The notes under the pieces are model-generated. The model had not been told where the DNA came from and did no database searches. It saw nothing but the letters and a program-made list of their open reading frames with translations. Both the position numbers and the translations under genes were made by a program. Positions 1 to 15,565 of a stretch of 64,000 bases of DNA are shown piece by piece. The stretch lies in the NCBI RefSeq assembly GCF_009914755.1, contig NC_060926.1. One strand, given 5' to 3'. The stretch is from the human T2T-CHM13v2.0 reference genome, Homo sapiens. Each line of letters starts with the position of its first letter. The first letter of the stretch is position 1.

Positions 1-606
1 CATAAAAGGATAGGCTTGTTTTTAGTAAATACACACTAGACTATTAAAGAGATAAAAGGCCACGATGTATGCACGCAACATACCCTCAAATTTAGAAAAG
101 TAAATTATATAGATAAATGGATAGAAAAACCAATATGGCAATATATTAAAAATTTATAAATCCAGGTAAAGGTATACAGGAATTCTCTGACTTATTCTTA
201 CAACTTTTCTATAAGTTAAAAAAATGCAACTTGTTAAAATATAGGAAAATGTTTAGACTCACTAATACCAAAAATGCAAAACAAGATGAGACAGCATTTT
301 TTCTATCAAATTTGAGCAAAGTTGATGTATTTATTTTTAATGATAATACCCATATTGAAAAAAACACAGTGTAACTGGTTAAAAGAATATAGGAGAATGT
401 TTAGAATCACCAGTACCAAAAATACAAAACAAAATGAGACAGCTATCAAATTAGCAAAGTTTACATATTTATTTTTAATGATAATACTCATACTCAAACA
501 CAGTAACATTGATACTTTTGAACTCTGATTATGGAAGGCTAAGATGCTATTATCATTTTTGATAAGCAGTTTACTCAGATGTACTGAGTTATTCTGGTAA
601 TTCCTC

Positions 607-783
607 TACAAAATCACAAAAATTAGCCGGGTGTGGTGGTGCACACCTGTAGTCCCAGCTACTCAGGAGGCTGAGGTGGGAGGATGGTGGAGGTTGTAGT
701 GAGCTGAGATCACACACACCACTGCACTCCAGCCTGGGTGATAGAGCCAAACCTTGTCTCAAAAAAAAAAAAAAAAAAAAAAA
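607..783 (+). mobile_element. Alu right-arm fragment
   Basis: aattagccgggtgtggtgg...ctccagcctggg plus A-tail. Confidence 0.85.
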
Positions 784-1093
784 AGGGTGGTGGGGAGGGA
801 ATGTTTTAATTGTAAGTAAAAATGCAGGCTGTTGTTTTAAAATACAACTATATCAAATACATCTATAACTATCTAAATCTATCTTCATAAGAAATAGTAC
901 ATGAGATTATGCCAAATGTTTGATTGTGTTTAGGTGGTAAATCTAGCCAGTTTTGTTTATTTCTATTTTTCTTTATTTTCTCTAAGCTTTTTATAAATTT
1001 GATTTTATAATATGGGAAACTAATGATATGCTGCACTTTGATATTCTTATTTTTCATAAGGTTTATTTAACTTGTTCTTAAATTCATTTGAAG

Positions 1094-1335
1094 ATGTGTT
1101 GAAGGCTGTATCTTCTGCTGCAATTGCTGAGGTTGGGCGTGACAATAAGGAAATTCAGGATGCTATAGCTATGGAGGGAGCGATTCCTCCTCTGGTGGCT
1201 CTTTTTAAAGGGAAACAAATTAGTGTCCAAATGAAAGGTGCAATGGCTGTGGAATCACTGGCAAGTCACAACGCTCTTATACAGAAAGCATTTCTGGAAA
1301 AATCGTTAACTAAATATCTTTTAAAACTCCTAAAG
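1094..1335 (+). CDS. ANKAR: ANKAR internal coding exon (armadillo-repeat region)
   Basis: Reads DVLKAVSSAAIAEVGRDNKEIQDAIAMEGAIPPLVALFKG...LLKLLK (ARM-type GAIPPLV); donor AAG|GTAGG at 1335/1336. Acceptor is ambiguous: gaag|1094 or the in-frame ataag|1061. Confidence 0.88.
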
Positions 1336-1504
1336 GTAGGAATTTTATGATTACTGGTCATTTTTCTTAGATGATGTTTTCTATTTTGAATTGTTAAGTG
1401 AATAGAAAAACTAAACCAATTCTAGAATAAACATTTTATAAAATATGCATTCCTAAAATGTTCAATAAATGTTCACTGAATTAATGAAATATTTTTAAAA
1501 ATAG

Positions 1505-1658
1505 GCATTTCAAATAGATGTTAAGGAACAAGGAGCTGTTGCACTTTGGGCCTTGGCAGGACAAACACTAAAACAACAAAAATATATGGCAGAACAAATT
1601 GGATACAGCTTTATAATAAATATGCTTTTGTCACCATCAGCTAAAATGCAGTATGTTG
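1505..1658 (+). CDS. ANKAR: ANKAR coding exon
   Basis: atag|GCATTT...; AFQIDVKEQGAVALWALAGQ...AKMQYV; donor G|GTAAGT; phase continues from the previous exon. Confidence 0.93.
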
Positions 1659-1684
1659 GTAAGTTATTTTCCTTATTTTATTTT

Positions 1685-1835
1685 TATTTTTTAGAGACAG
1701 GATCTTGCTCTGTTGCCCAGCCTGGTGTGCAGTGGCACAATTATAGCTCACTGCAGCCTCAAACCCCTGGGCTCAAGTGATCCTCTTGCCTCAGCCTCCC
1801 AAGTAGCTGGGATTACAAGTGTGAGCCACCGTGTC
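1685..1835 (-). mobile_element. Old Alu monomer/AluJ fragment
   Basis: gagacaggatcttgctctgttgcccag...gggattaca. Confidence 0.8.
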
Positions 1836-1897
1836 CTCTGCATAATGTAGAACAGGGCACTGGAGTATCATACATGTATCTTGCTTTTCTTTATCAG

Positions 1898-2059
1898 GAG
1901 GTGAAGCTGTCATAGCTCTAAGTAAGGACAGCAGGATGCATCAAAATCAAATATGTGAAGGGAATGGAATTGCACCATTGGTTCGCTTACTAAGAATTAG
2001 TACGATTGCTGAAGGCACACTTCTCAGTGTCATCAGAGCAGTGGGATCCATTTGTATTG
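1898..2059 (+). CDS. ANKAR: ANKAR coding exon
   Basis: tttatcag|GA; GGEAVIALSKDSRMHQNQICEGNGIAPLVRLL...VGSICI; donor G|GTTTGT. Confidence 0.92.
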
Positions 2060-2928
2060 GTTTGTATACTTATTCTCAATTTCTTAAATATCTGTAAGAA
2101 CAAGAACAGATTGCGCAGAGAAGTGGAAATTAATCTCTCTTCCTCTCTATCCCCACTGTTTGAGCCCTAAATGGTATTTAATGTATGAAAGACTATTATA
2201 ACTTTTAAAGTTTGTCTAAGAACTTGGTCAGTAAAAGTGGTATAATTAAGAATCTTATATCAGTCTTGCTCTTGAACAATGGCTAGAAAGGAAAATTAAG
2301 ACAATAAGCCTTGACTATTTTGACTGAAAGCAATCTCTTTTTTAAGTTTAAGAGAAAAATAGTTCTTTTGAATCTCAAGAACGATATGTTTTTGAAGACA
2401 TAGAAGAGTTTCTAATGCTGGAGCACATTCTTGAATGTCTCTGTAATGATCATTTATTTATATAACATAGAATTCATTGCAAAGGAATTGACATTTTGGG
2501 GTACCTGAGAAAATGTGGAACTGTCAGTTGTGACCCACCAAAAGTTAAAATTTGGGTTCTTGCTGACCTTGATGAATGCAGGGTGCTGATTGTAGACTGC
2601 TTCTTGCAAACAAGAGGAAAAATCTTTATTTCCAGATCACTGAATTTCCTCAAAAATAGTCCAGCTGAATGAAGTATAATAGGAATTGATTCTCACATTT
2701 TTTTCTCTTTGCTTGCCAAAAGTTTCTTGCAGAAACTCATTCACAATTCCAAGATAATCAGCCAGAGAAGATGTTTCTTTTTTTTTGGCCAGAGACTCTG
2801 ACATAAATTACAGTTATTTCTAAAGTTCTAGTAAATGATAATATATATGCAAGGTTGCCTGATATACATACACATGCACATAATCAAATTTCTTCGCATT
2901 AGTTCATTTCAAATCTGTCCACATCAGC

Positions 2929-2981
<53 letters not shown>
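2929..2981. repeat. (TG)n microsatellite
   Basis: About 25 TG units with one CG. Confidence 0.97.
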
Positions 2982-2984
<3 letters not shown>

Positions 2985-3762
2985 GTGCGGGTGGGGGGTT
3001 TGTGGGGACAAAGGTGTTCTTTTTTCCTTCAAACTTCCCTAGATACAATATGTAGGTGACTTCTCTTCATTGTTCACTGAGAGGCTCAATCTTATATTTA
3101 ACCCATTTATTTAGGGTTAACCCATTTACATAAACCCACTGTATATTTATTGTGACATTTAATATTAGCAAAAGAACAGAGTTAAAATTCTTTGTCCATG
3201 TTCACTAGAAAGAAATGAGTTTCTCAACAGGAAATTGCAAGGAGTGGAAAAAAAAAAAGAGAGAGTTGAGTCTCTCTGGTGAGTTTAGGCCTGCAATTTA
3301 AAGTAGTATGTTATAAAGAGACATAGTAAGATTATCTTGTTAGCGTGTATAATTTAAGAAACCAAGAAATTTTAACTTGGTGATTTACTCTATTCATTTT
3401 TGTAGAAGTAAACTTTTTATAGAAAACAACAGAATTATGAACTTAAGTACCTCGCACATAATATTTCTTCAATAAATGATAGCTATTAGTATTCCTTGGT
3501 AGTATAATATTTCTAATTTCCTTTGCTTTGTGACTTTTAGGAAGCCACTCACAATTCTAATAAAGTCTCCATGTTTATTCACTTTGTCTTTTAAAAAATT
3601 AATTCAGGACTATTAAAATAGTGTCAATATAGCATACCCCTTTGTAACTTACTAACTGTATTACCTTAGAATGCTTTGTCAACCCAAAATATCAAGCTAT
3701 GTTTGACTTTACCATTTGTAAGATGGAAAAAAATATTACCTCACTGGCGTGGACTCTTACAG

Positions 3763-3869
3763 GTGTAGCCCATACAAGCAATCCTGTCAGTCAACAATTT
3801 GTTGTAGATGAAAATGCCTTTCCAGTACTTATCCAACTACTAAGAAATCACCCTTCTCCTAACATTAAG
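3763..3869 (+). CDS. ANKAR: ANKAR coding exon
   Basis: cttacag|GT; GVAHTSNPVSQQFVVDENAFPVLIQLLRNHPSPNIK; donor AAG|GTATAA. Confidence 0.92.
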
Positions 3870-4622
3870 GTATAAAGGTTTACATTGTTTTCTGATATGG
3901 TAAAAATTAACAAATATAATTTTAAGAAAATTTTGTATCTTTATTCAAGTTCATAAACATAAAAATATTTAATCTTTTAAACTAAATCCTATTTTTCTTG
4001 GAGAAATAAGCCAAAAATAAAAATAAAAATAAACAAAATCCTAGAAGTTTTAAAAAGGTTGCTGCAAACCATAAGATACTAGTAAATTTTATTAAAATAG
4101 GGTTTCTTCAAATATGACAAGAAAATCTTATGTTTTTACTCTTCAAATAAGATTTTCCTCAGATATTTGATTATTTATTCACAAAAGTTCTTTTCTACCT
4201 CCCCAGACATCAGTTGCTAAAACTGGGCGGCGATAGTGGGAATGTGTGACTTATATGGGAATATTTCTCAAATATTAGTGAATCTTGTCAGTACTACACT
4301 TCAGACCAGCCCTGCCTTCTGTCAAGCAGCCTCTGTTGGCTGGAGGTAATAGTTTTCTCAAGGCTGGACATTACAAAGAATTATTGTGAGTTGTTGAAGA
4401 GTCATTCAGTCTTCCATTTACTTCTACTAAAATGCCTTTAATAAAATGACATTTACATCTATTCAAATACTCTTACCCAGGCTTTAGAAATTCAGGACAT
4501 CTATAGATGGCCAGGCAAGAAATTATAACAGCAAAAAAAATTTTATTTTCAAAATTTGGTATGCATGCTACTGGAGATGAGAAAATAGAAATAACATAGG
4601 AGGACAATATCTAAGTAAATAG

Positions 4623-5268
<646 letters not shown>

Positions 5269-5650
5269 GCATTCTTTTAACAAATGTGTGTCTTATCATA
5301 AAAAATGTATCCATCTATATTTCAGTACATATTTTCAATGAGTTTTGAAACTTGTTTAAATAGAACATAAATACATTTCAATACTTTTTCTCAAAAGATT
5401 CTATAATGGATAAAACATTTTGCAATAATTCAATAATCATACTTTTCAAATTCATAATGTTTTTCATAGAAATGCATAGTACAACACTTTAAAAACTTAT
5501 CTACTGAGTCCCAATAATATGCAAAGTTCATTTTCCTAATGGGCTTCAGAATGTACATTAAATGGTTCCAGAACTAGAGGAGGAAAAATTAGTAGTACTA
5601 TTTCTTAGTACTACTCCCCAAAGTTTTGCTTAAATTAATAGGTGCTGCAG

Positions 5651-5962
<312 letters not shown>

Positions 5963-6375
5963 TTAAAGCCTTACAACTCAATGGTCAGTAGTTAACAAGC
6001 AGTTCAAAATAGCTTTTTAATCCATGTCAAAAAATTAAAAGAACTTTTTTTTAATATGGAAGGGATACAACTATGTACTTAGGATAATACCTCCTTACAT
6101 GCTCTGCTCGCCCTTGTTCCTTTCTCCAGTGCCCTCAAATGGAGCTCTGTGGTTGGTCCCTGAACACAGAAAGGATATTTTCTCAGCTATTAAAAATTAT
6201 GAGGGAGTTGTAAGTGCAGTTCTTTCGCTAGTAAGATAACTGGAATCAATGGATTATATTTTAGCAGATTTTATAGTATCTTTCCACAATGTATTCTATA
6301 TAAATGCCTGCACAATGAAATGTGTAATTTCATAAAGCATAATTGAAAAGTAATTTCTGAAAACCACATGTTTAG

Positions 6376-6498
6376 GTTGAAGTGGCATTTTCCTTGGCAT
6401 GCATTGTCCTAGGGAATGATGTGTTACAGAAAGACTTACATGAAAATGAAGGATTTGAATATGCTGATGTCCTTTATCTTCTTCACTCAACAGAAAAG
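6376..6498 (+). CDS. ANKAR: ANKAR coding exon
   Basis: tttag|GTT; VEVAFSLACIVLGNDVLQKDLHENEGFEYADVLYLLHSTEK; donor AAG|GTAATA. Confidence 0.92.
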
Positions 6499-6879
6499 GT
6501 AATACCTTTACAAAATATTGAGGTTCATTTTGAAAAAAATGGTTTTTATACCACATCTTCAAATTATCAAGTCTTCTTCATGGCAATATTCAATGTATTG
6601 TTTAAGAAAAGACATGTAAAAGATCTCTTTGTAGGTCATTAGTTTGTAATGATGTAATAATACAGCTCCATATTTTTCTGAGTTGTCCCACTTCATCGTT
6701 GAAATGCAGTAATTTTAATGTTTGGTGATGAGTCAAAAAACAAATCTCTTATGTCCCAAATCAAACCTTTACAATAATTTTATGCCCTTTCAGCCCTCAG
6801 TCATTCACTTATCCAATATGCTAAAGGGGTGCTTCTCAAACTATTTATGATGAAGAAATAGCTTTTTCCCAGCAATCTA

Positions 6880-7700
6880 TTATGGAAGGATAATTTTTTT
6901 TAACTTTAAAAATTTTGAAATAATCTTAGACTTTCCAAAATTCTGGTATATCCTTCATCTAGTTTTCCCAAATGTCAACTAGAACATTAACATTGATACA
7001 ATACTATTAACTAATTTGCACGCCTTATTTAAATTTTGCCAGTTTTCTCAGCAATGTCCCTTTTTTGTTTTTTTTATTTAATTTAAAAAATTATTTTTAT
7101 TTTTTTCAATGTCTACTTTTGTTCCAGAATCTAATCCAGGGTCTCACATTACATCTAAATGTCTTGTCTCTTTAGCCTCCAGTTTGTGAAGCTCAGCCCT
7201 TCTTTGTTTTTCATGATTTCATGTCTTTCATGATTTTGACATTTTTGATGAATTCAGGCCAGTTATTTTATAGAATATCCCTCAATTTGACCTTGATGTT
7301 TTCCCCTAATTAAATTGAAGTTACACCTTTTGGCAAGAATATCACAGAAGTGATGTGGTCTTCTTCACTCACCTTCCCAGTACATCATAGCATGAGGTAT
7401 ATAACGTTGATGTATTTTACTGGTAATCTTAATTTTGATTACTCGGTTAAAATGGGGTCTGCCATAGTTCTTCGCTGTTTTTCCTTTTGTAGTTAATAAG
7501 TATCTTAAGGTGAGACACTTTGAGATTATGCAAATATTTTGTCTTGCATCACACTTTTGCTCACCAATCTTAGCATCCATTGATGCAACAATAATAAATG
7601 TAACATTTGCCTAAGGGCAATTAAAAAAATTCCCTTCTTCCTTCTACGTTTATTAGTTGGTATTCAACTATAAAGAAGATTTGTTTCTTTTCAATGTTTA
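6880..7700 (-). mobile_element. Ancient L1MC-like fragment
   Basis: ttgaaataatcttagactt...ggccagttattttatagaatatccctcaattt...ggcaagaatatcacagaagtgatg. Confidence 0.6.
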
Positions 7701-7941
7701 TTCTCAGTTTTGTTATCCCACTGTTAATGATTTTGTGGACTGTCACTGGTCCACGGGCCACACTTTCAACAGCTCTACCCTAAGGAAATGAGAGCTATTT
7801 TCTACAGGGCATTTCACAACCAGGAAGAAAATTGCCAGCGACGTTTCTCTCAGTTCTGTAAGGTTTTAGAGGGATCAAGGAGGGTCAGGAGGTGGGTGGG
7901 AATTAAGTCATGTTATTTTTTTAATACAAAATTTTACTCTA

Positions 7942-8313
<372 letters not shown>

Positions 8314-9769
8314 CTAATAGGGTGAGGAGACTAAATGAATGTCTGCCTGACTCTCTAAGCCACCTTTTGCCCCTCTACTCTGTTCCTTCTAGCTTTTACT
8401 CCCATTACCTTACTCCTCATGTGCACCCTTCTTCTCCCTTTTGTTACACATTCCACTCTCAAGTATTCTGCCTTCCTTCCCAGTTTGTTACCACCTGCTT
8501 CACTCTCTGGACCCTGCATTTGGCTTATAATAGATTTATTCTTGTGCATCAGTTCTACAAATGGTAGGGAATCTTAGAGAACTAGAAGGTTTAACCAAAG
8601 GATTTATCTGGCCTTGGCTGAAATTTTTAATTCTAACACTCATCACAAGGCAAGTTAAAAGTCCTCCAGGGTTTCTTGTACTATATTTTGCCTCAAACTA
8701 CCTGCCCTGCAGAGGCACATTAGTGCTCTTAGGGCTTTAGAGACAGTACTGAACAACTATCCTTCATTAAACCTATAGTGGGAGACTTCAGATTACACAG
8801 GTGTGTTGTAGAAGTTAGAGGGGAGGGAGGGATGTTCAGCAACATTAAATATGTCACTGAATGAATAGCTATCTTATGGATAATGACAGGAATGCAATAA
8901 AAATTAAGTCAGGAACCCAGGTTCTTGTAACTCCTAGCCACATTGATACTGTCTACATGGAGATGCAATAGGTTATGTGTTGTTTTTAAATTATAATTTA
9001 ACTATTTTCATGCTACCAAACTAGAATAATATATGAAATGGACCATTGAGATTGATTTTCACAAGCCACATAAAATTAGTTGCATTAATTTAGTTACTGT
9101 TATTCTACTCTTTTTAATTAACTCAAATATGTGGGCTAATTAATTATGAATATACTTTTGAAGAGAGGTTAGTGAGCATAATTAACAGGCACTCTTTTCC
9201 CATTTATAAATCAGTGGGTATAAAGTAACAATAAGTAACCAGTGGGTATAACCACCCTGGTAGATAGGTAAATGAAAATATATATGAAGTAAAGAATTTA
9301 AGACAGTTGACATTGGGGAAGAAAAGTATGGAAACACATGTCTTTCCTCAAGCATTAATTTTTAGCCTTCTGAACTGGGAATAGCCAACTTGGTTCTTGT
9401 CCTGTATCTGATACTACCTGGCATGGTGGGAGCAGTCAAACTATGGGATTCATTTTGAAACATTAATAGCCACTTTATAATCTAAACTATTTACTGTAGA
9501 CTTCCACAGTGATACCGCAGGAGTGAACCCTACATGGAAAAGAAATGGAAATCAGTCAAGTCTTAGCATATTTCTCTCACTTCGCTCTATCTGACCTTGA
9601 TACACAAAGCATGCCCCTTTGGTTCATTTCCCATTGCCACTCTTTCCTACTTGGCTCTAGGTTCTATTTTGCTGTCTGTTAATCCACGCTTTGACTATGA
9701 ATGAGACCTAGTTTCTCAAGCCTTTGACTGTACCTAATACCTTTCTTTTTGCCTATTTAGGTGACTGGG

Positions 9770-9820
<51 letters not shown>
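9770..9820. repeat. (T)n(TG)n microsatellite
   Basis: Read directly. Confidence 0.95.
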
Positions 9821-10065
9821 ATTTTTATTATGGAAAATTTCAAATATATATAAAATGACAGGGTAGCATAATGAACCTAAATGTTCCCACCCAGCTTCAG
9901 CAGTCATCATCTCATGGCCAATCTTATTTCATCTATACATCTACTCATTTCTACTAAATTATTTTTGATGCAAATTTCAAGCATCATATAATTTTATCTA
10001 TAAATATTTCAGTATGTACATGCAGCATTTTAATATTATGATTAACAGTGGCAGAAGAAAATTCA

Positions 10066-10387
<322 letters not shown>

Positions 10388-10958
10388 TCACCAAGATGAA
10401 TGAGTTCTTTCTGTGTGTAATACATTGTTCAAATAACATACTAATAATACAATATATTGAATTATTTTTAATATTAAAAATAAGATTTAGTAATAAGATT
10501 TTATCTTTTGAATCTTTCTGGAAGGTCTGCCATACTTATATATCTCTGGCAAGCAGACTAATTCTACAGAAGAAACTAGCTTTTGCTGTTTGCCCAGCCT
10601 CAGAATGTTAAAATGTGATTCTTCAGAATACATTATTTTTCTCCTATTCTTCCTTAAAATATAGTACAATGGAATTTTACAAATGAATTTAAGGATTGAT
10701 ATGGAATACCCAACAATGTATGGAATGCAATAGATAACATGTTATATACAAGGGTAGTTTTGATTTATCAACTCTACTTTGAAATGTTGAAAGTTACAAC
10801 ATTCTAGAGTAACTATTATCTCTTTTCCCTAGTAATGTCATATTTTACTCCCAGTGATAAGAATGCAATATATTTTAATGAGCAAGAACTTAAAGTCTAT
10901 TATGTTGAGTAACATGATAAATGAAGTTCACCATAATGCCTGTTTCTCCTATTTTTAG

Positions 10959-11117
10959 GATATTTGCTTAAGAGCAGGCTATGCATTAACACTTTTTGCC
11001 TTCAATAATCGCTTTCAACAATACTTAATATTGGAAAGTGGAATAATGACCATATCTATTTTCGAACGTTTTCTTGAATCAACAGTTGAAACTGAGAAGG
11101 CAATGGCAGCATTTCAG
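10959..11117 (+). CDS. ANKAR: ANKAR coding exon
   Basis: tttttag|GAT; DICLRAGYALTLFAFNNRFQQ...EKAMAAFQ; donor CAG|GTATAA. Confidence 0.92.
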
Positions 11118-11841
11118 GTATAAAATTGAGATTAACACCTCAAATTAATAAATATGTCATTTTGTGAAAACTTGAAAATTACAACAATTTGGAGGCCCAG
11201 AAAAACGTTTACTTATTTGTAAAAACTTAGTACTTTGCACATAAGCCCCTTCTACCTCATAAAAACTCCATTATCTATGAGGATTTCTTCATTAATACAG
11301 AATTTTACAAGTTATAAGACACTTGCTTATGCCTTTATACCTCATCTGATGTTTATAACAAGCCTGTAAGGTTGACAATCAGGTAGTATTATTTTCATCA
11401 CCCCCATATTAAAAGTAAATAGGTAGAAAAACATGTTAGCATCCAAGACAGGTTTTCTAACTGCAAATCTTTAGTTGATCACACTGATCCTTCAACCTAG
11501 TAACAACTGTATGTATCTGGGAAGTCTTATTCTCTCTCTTCATTTTCTATCCTGTGCCCTTTAAGAGAAGTAATTTCTATGAACCCATATTGAAAGGGTG
11601 CAAAAGTTGCAAACATTGTAGGAAGAATAATAGTACCCCCTATGATCACTGCTATGACCAGACAGGGACAAATACTCTAACTCTCCCCACCACCACATGC
11701 TGCTTCTATTGAATCCTCTAAACACTCCCTTTAAGAAGTATCAAAAGAATTAAAAAAAAAAACATAAAAAATGACAAACGTGTAATTAGAGAAGCTGAGT
11801 AGAAAATGTTCAAAGACTCTCTGCTTCTTTTCTGTTTTCAG

Positions 11842-11959
11842 ATTGTTGTACTGGCTAAAGTCATTAGAGATATGGACCATATTACTTTGTCTGCAAGAGG
11901 TGTTACTATTTTAGTTGATAGTCTGTATTCAGTTCAGACTTCTACTATTGTCTTGACAG
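11842..11959 (+). CDS. ANKAR: ANKAR coding exon
   Basis: ttttcag|ATT; IVVLAKVIRDMDHITLSARGVTILVDSLYSVQTSTIVLT; donor G|GTAAGA. Confidence 0.92.
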
Positions 11960-12814
11960 GTAAGAAATGACTAGAAGTTAATTTTAGCCACATAAAACTA
12001 TTTTCAAAAACAGTTTATTGTAATCTGAATAATAATAAAATAATACGCCTGATACACTGCCACAAGTTTAAAGAACGAACTTATGTTTATATCTACATGG
12101 AACTCCACAGCAAGTCTACACGAAACAATGGGTGTCTACTCTGTACCCCAAACAGAAGCTGAGTAACTCTGAATACAGACTTTTTGCTTTCCTAATTACT
12201 TTTTCAAACCCTTAACTTTTTTTTCCAAGATATAAATGAGAATTCACCTATGACCTACAAACAGCAAAATAAAAAAACTGATTTATAATAGTGGTGGCAG
12301 ATTTACACAGATGTACCTCTGTCTGGTTTCCTTTTGTCCAGTTGTGCACATTTTGCTAACACTGAAAAGTTCTTTACATCACTGTGCAACAAAGCAAAGC
12401 AAGATGGTCCCATAGCGTTCTCAACACATTTATTGCTATTGTATAACTGTGTCTACTGCAGACCTAACCCAACAGCTCACACATAATAGGTGATCAGTAA
12501 TATTTAATTGACTTGTTATGCCACTCTTAAAGTAACATAAGGCAGGGTCAGAATGAGTAATATGCAGTGACTACTACCAATATAAACAAATAAGTATTTG
12601 TTTTTTAATTAAAATGTATCACTAAAGGAAACTTTACTTGATGCCATAGAATTACATGTTTATGAAGTATATGTGCATGGCAAGGAAGGAAAAATGAAGC
12701 AATGAAAACTTTCTGATGGAAACTAGCTAGAAAAAAAGTTTAAAGAAGTTATTAAATATGTTTTAATCTAAATAACATTATTAATTCAATGTTATAGTAA
12801 TTCTGTGACTCTGA

Positions 12815-13137
<323 letters not shown>

Positions 13138-13932
13138 CTCCACAAACTCTTATAGGAAAGAAATGCCATATTACATTGGCTTTCAAATATTAAATTAATT
13201 CCTCCAGGATGAGGAGAAATGAATCTCAGAAATTACTGGACTTTCTCTGCACTCCACAACCAGTCATATGCATGTCCAGGGTATCTCAGGCAAAGCTTGA
13301 TATTCAGGCCTCAGGTATAGTGTAAAATAACTGATGTGCTTGGTGTCAAGTTGACATGGTTTCCAGAAGATGCTCCAAAGGCACATAAGTTTTTAGGAAA
13401 CTGATTTCTGTTACCAAGAATTCAGTTTTCCTATTTATACCACTTAGCTATTCTCTACTCGGAGTTCCTCCTTCTACTCCTTTGAGAACTATAAACTTTA
13501 GTTCTCTTTCTTAGCTGCTCCCTTGGTCTGTTTCCATTTCTAACTTCCCATCTTTAAAGGGTCTTTTTAACTTTAAATAGAGCTTACCTTTAGACAATTT
13601 TTGCTTTAGATGATACAACCAATTTTCCCCATTCGGAGGCAATAAACACAAGGAATTTCTTGGCTTATAATAGAGGCCAGACAAAAATATAAGGAGAACA
13701 AAAACTCACGTCATATCTCAATAAAGTATCCACATACTCCACACAGAAATATGAAAATACATTTTTATCTTCAAACAAATATAAATGAAATAATATTCAG
13801 TTGCTAGCTGCACATTTAATTATTGGGACACTTTATTATTTTAAATCTGAAAACATTTACTTTTATGTAAAAACTTCAGTGATTTTTAAACCTCAATAAG
13901 CAATACATTGATTGATTTTAAAGTATTAATAA

Positions 13933-14290
<358 letters not shown>

Positions 14291-14619
14291 TAAATCATTA
14301 TGTTCATAGTTATTTTTAAAACCCTAAAAACTTCAAAACAAAATATATTCTGAAGATATGGGAGAAAGAAAACCTCTAATTTTCAAATTTTTCACCCTTA
14401 CATAAACCTATTTAATTTACACTATTTGTGACAGAAAACCAAACTGTAATTTTGGGGAGTTTATTCTATATTTACATATGCATGCTTTTTCTCAGTGCTG
14501 CTTCATTGACAGAGATGTCTTGTGACACAAACTTTTTTCAGTGCTATGTGCAATTAATGAAAGTATTATAAGTTTATATCAATTAAATAACACAAGCATT
14601 TTTCTTGTTTAATTTATAG

Positions 14620-14729
14620 GGAATTTAATAGCAAGCCTGGCTCATTCTAGAGCTGGTATCCCAGAAGCATTTACCACATTAGGAACAATCCAACGGCTCT
14701 GCTATCATTTGTACTCGGGAATAGAAGAG
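14620..14729 (+). CDS. ANKAR: ANKAR coding exon
   Basis: ttatag|GG; GNLIASLAHSRAGIPEAFTTLGTIQRLCYHLYSGIEE; donor GAG|GTAAAA. Confidence 0.92.
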
Positions 14730-14816
14730 GTAAAAACAAGCAAAAACTAATTCTAAAATTAAATATGCTAAAAATATAATTTACCTCTCCCTCTGTGGAC
14801 TAATTTTTCCACTGAT

Positions 14817-14921
14817 TGACTGTGTTATAGATATAATATAATTCTTATTACTAACTCAAAATTACATGACTGTGTTATATATATAATATAGTTCTTGTTA
14901 CTAACTCAAAATTACATGACT
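14817..14921. repeat. 50-bp tandem duplication
   Basis: tgactgtgttata[g/t]atataatata[a/g]ttctt[a/g]ttactaactcaaaattaca x2. Confidence 0.95.
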
Positions 14922-15393
14922 TTTCTAATACTAATTAGTCATACATATCTGCCATCCACAATTTTAATTCCTATAAAAATATACATTTGTTTTAACCCTA
15001 AGACTTAAAATTAGGATTTTAATCACAAAAGCAGTATAAAACGACTACAATTAAAGATTTAAAAAGAACTACCTGTTCAAATTAGTTTCTGATTTAAAAA
15101 ACAAAAACAAAACCCTACAAAATAAGTCATCTTAATCCTGGAATTAAGAGTCAATCTATAAGTACGTTGATGACAAAGAAACTTATAATTGTTTACTAAG
15201 TATCTAATGAAAACCGGTGACTCTGATCTAAGTTATTTCTATGATTTGAAATGAATGAAAATGGAATTCATAGGATAGCTTTCCTTATGTGTCAAGCAGG
15301 GTTAGATGTAAGGGTGTGTGAAAGAGGCCGTGCTGGTCACAGCAGTGGCTTGCCTCTGAGTGTTCCCCTACTCTCTTCCACTAAGGTCTAAAG

Positions 15394-15565
15394 CAGTGTT
15401 ACTCCACCTTTAGGGTATATCAGAATCACCTGGAGGGCCTGTTATATTGCTTGGCCCCATTCCTAGAGTTTCTGAGCCAATACATTTGAGGTGGGCCCTA
15501 GAATTTGCATTTCGAACAAGTTCCCAGCAGCTGAACTACAGGTCCAGGGTTCAAGGTTTAGAAGA
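15394..15565. mobile_element. MER5A-like hAT-Charlie element
   Basis: atcagaatcacctggagggc...agaatttgcatttcgaacaagttccc. Confidence 0.7.

Noticed and set aside
7808-7891. 84-nt AG...GT exon-like segment in an ANKAR intron with an in-frame TAA
   Set aside because: Splice signals are only moderate and such pseudo-exons are common; no further support from the sequence.
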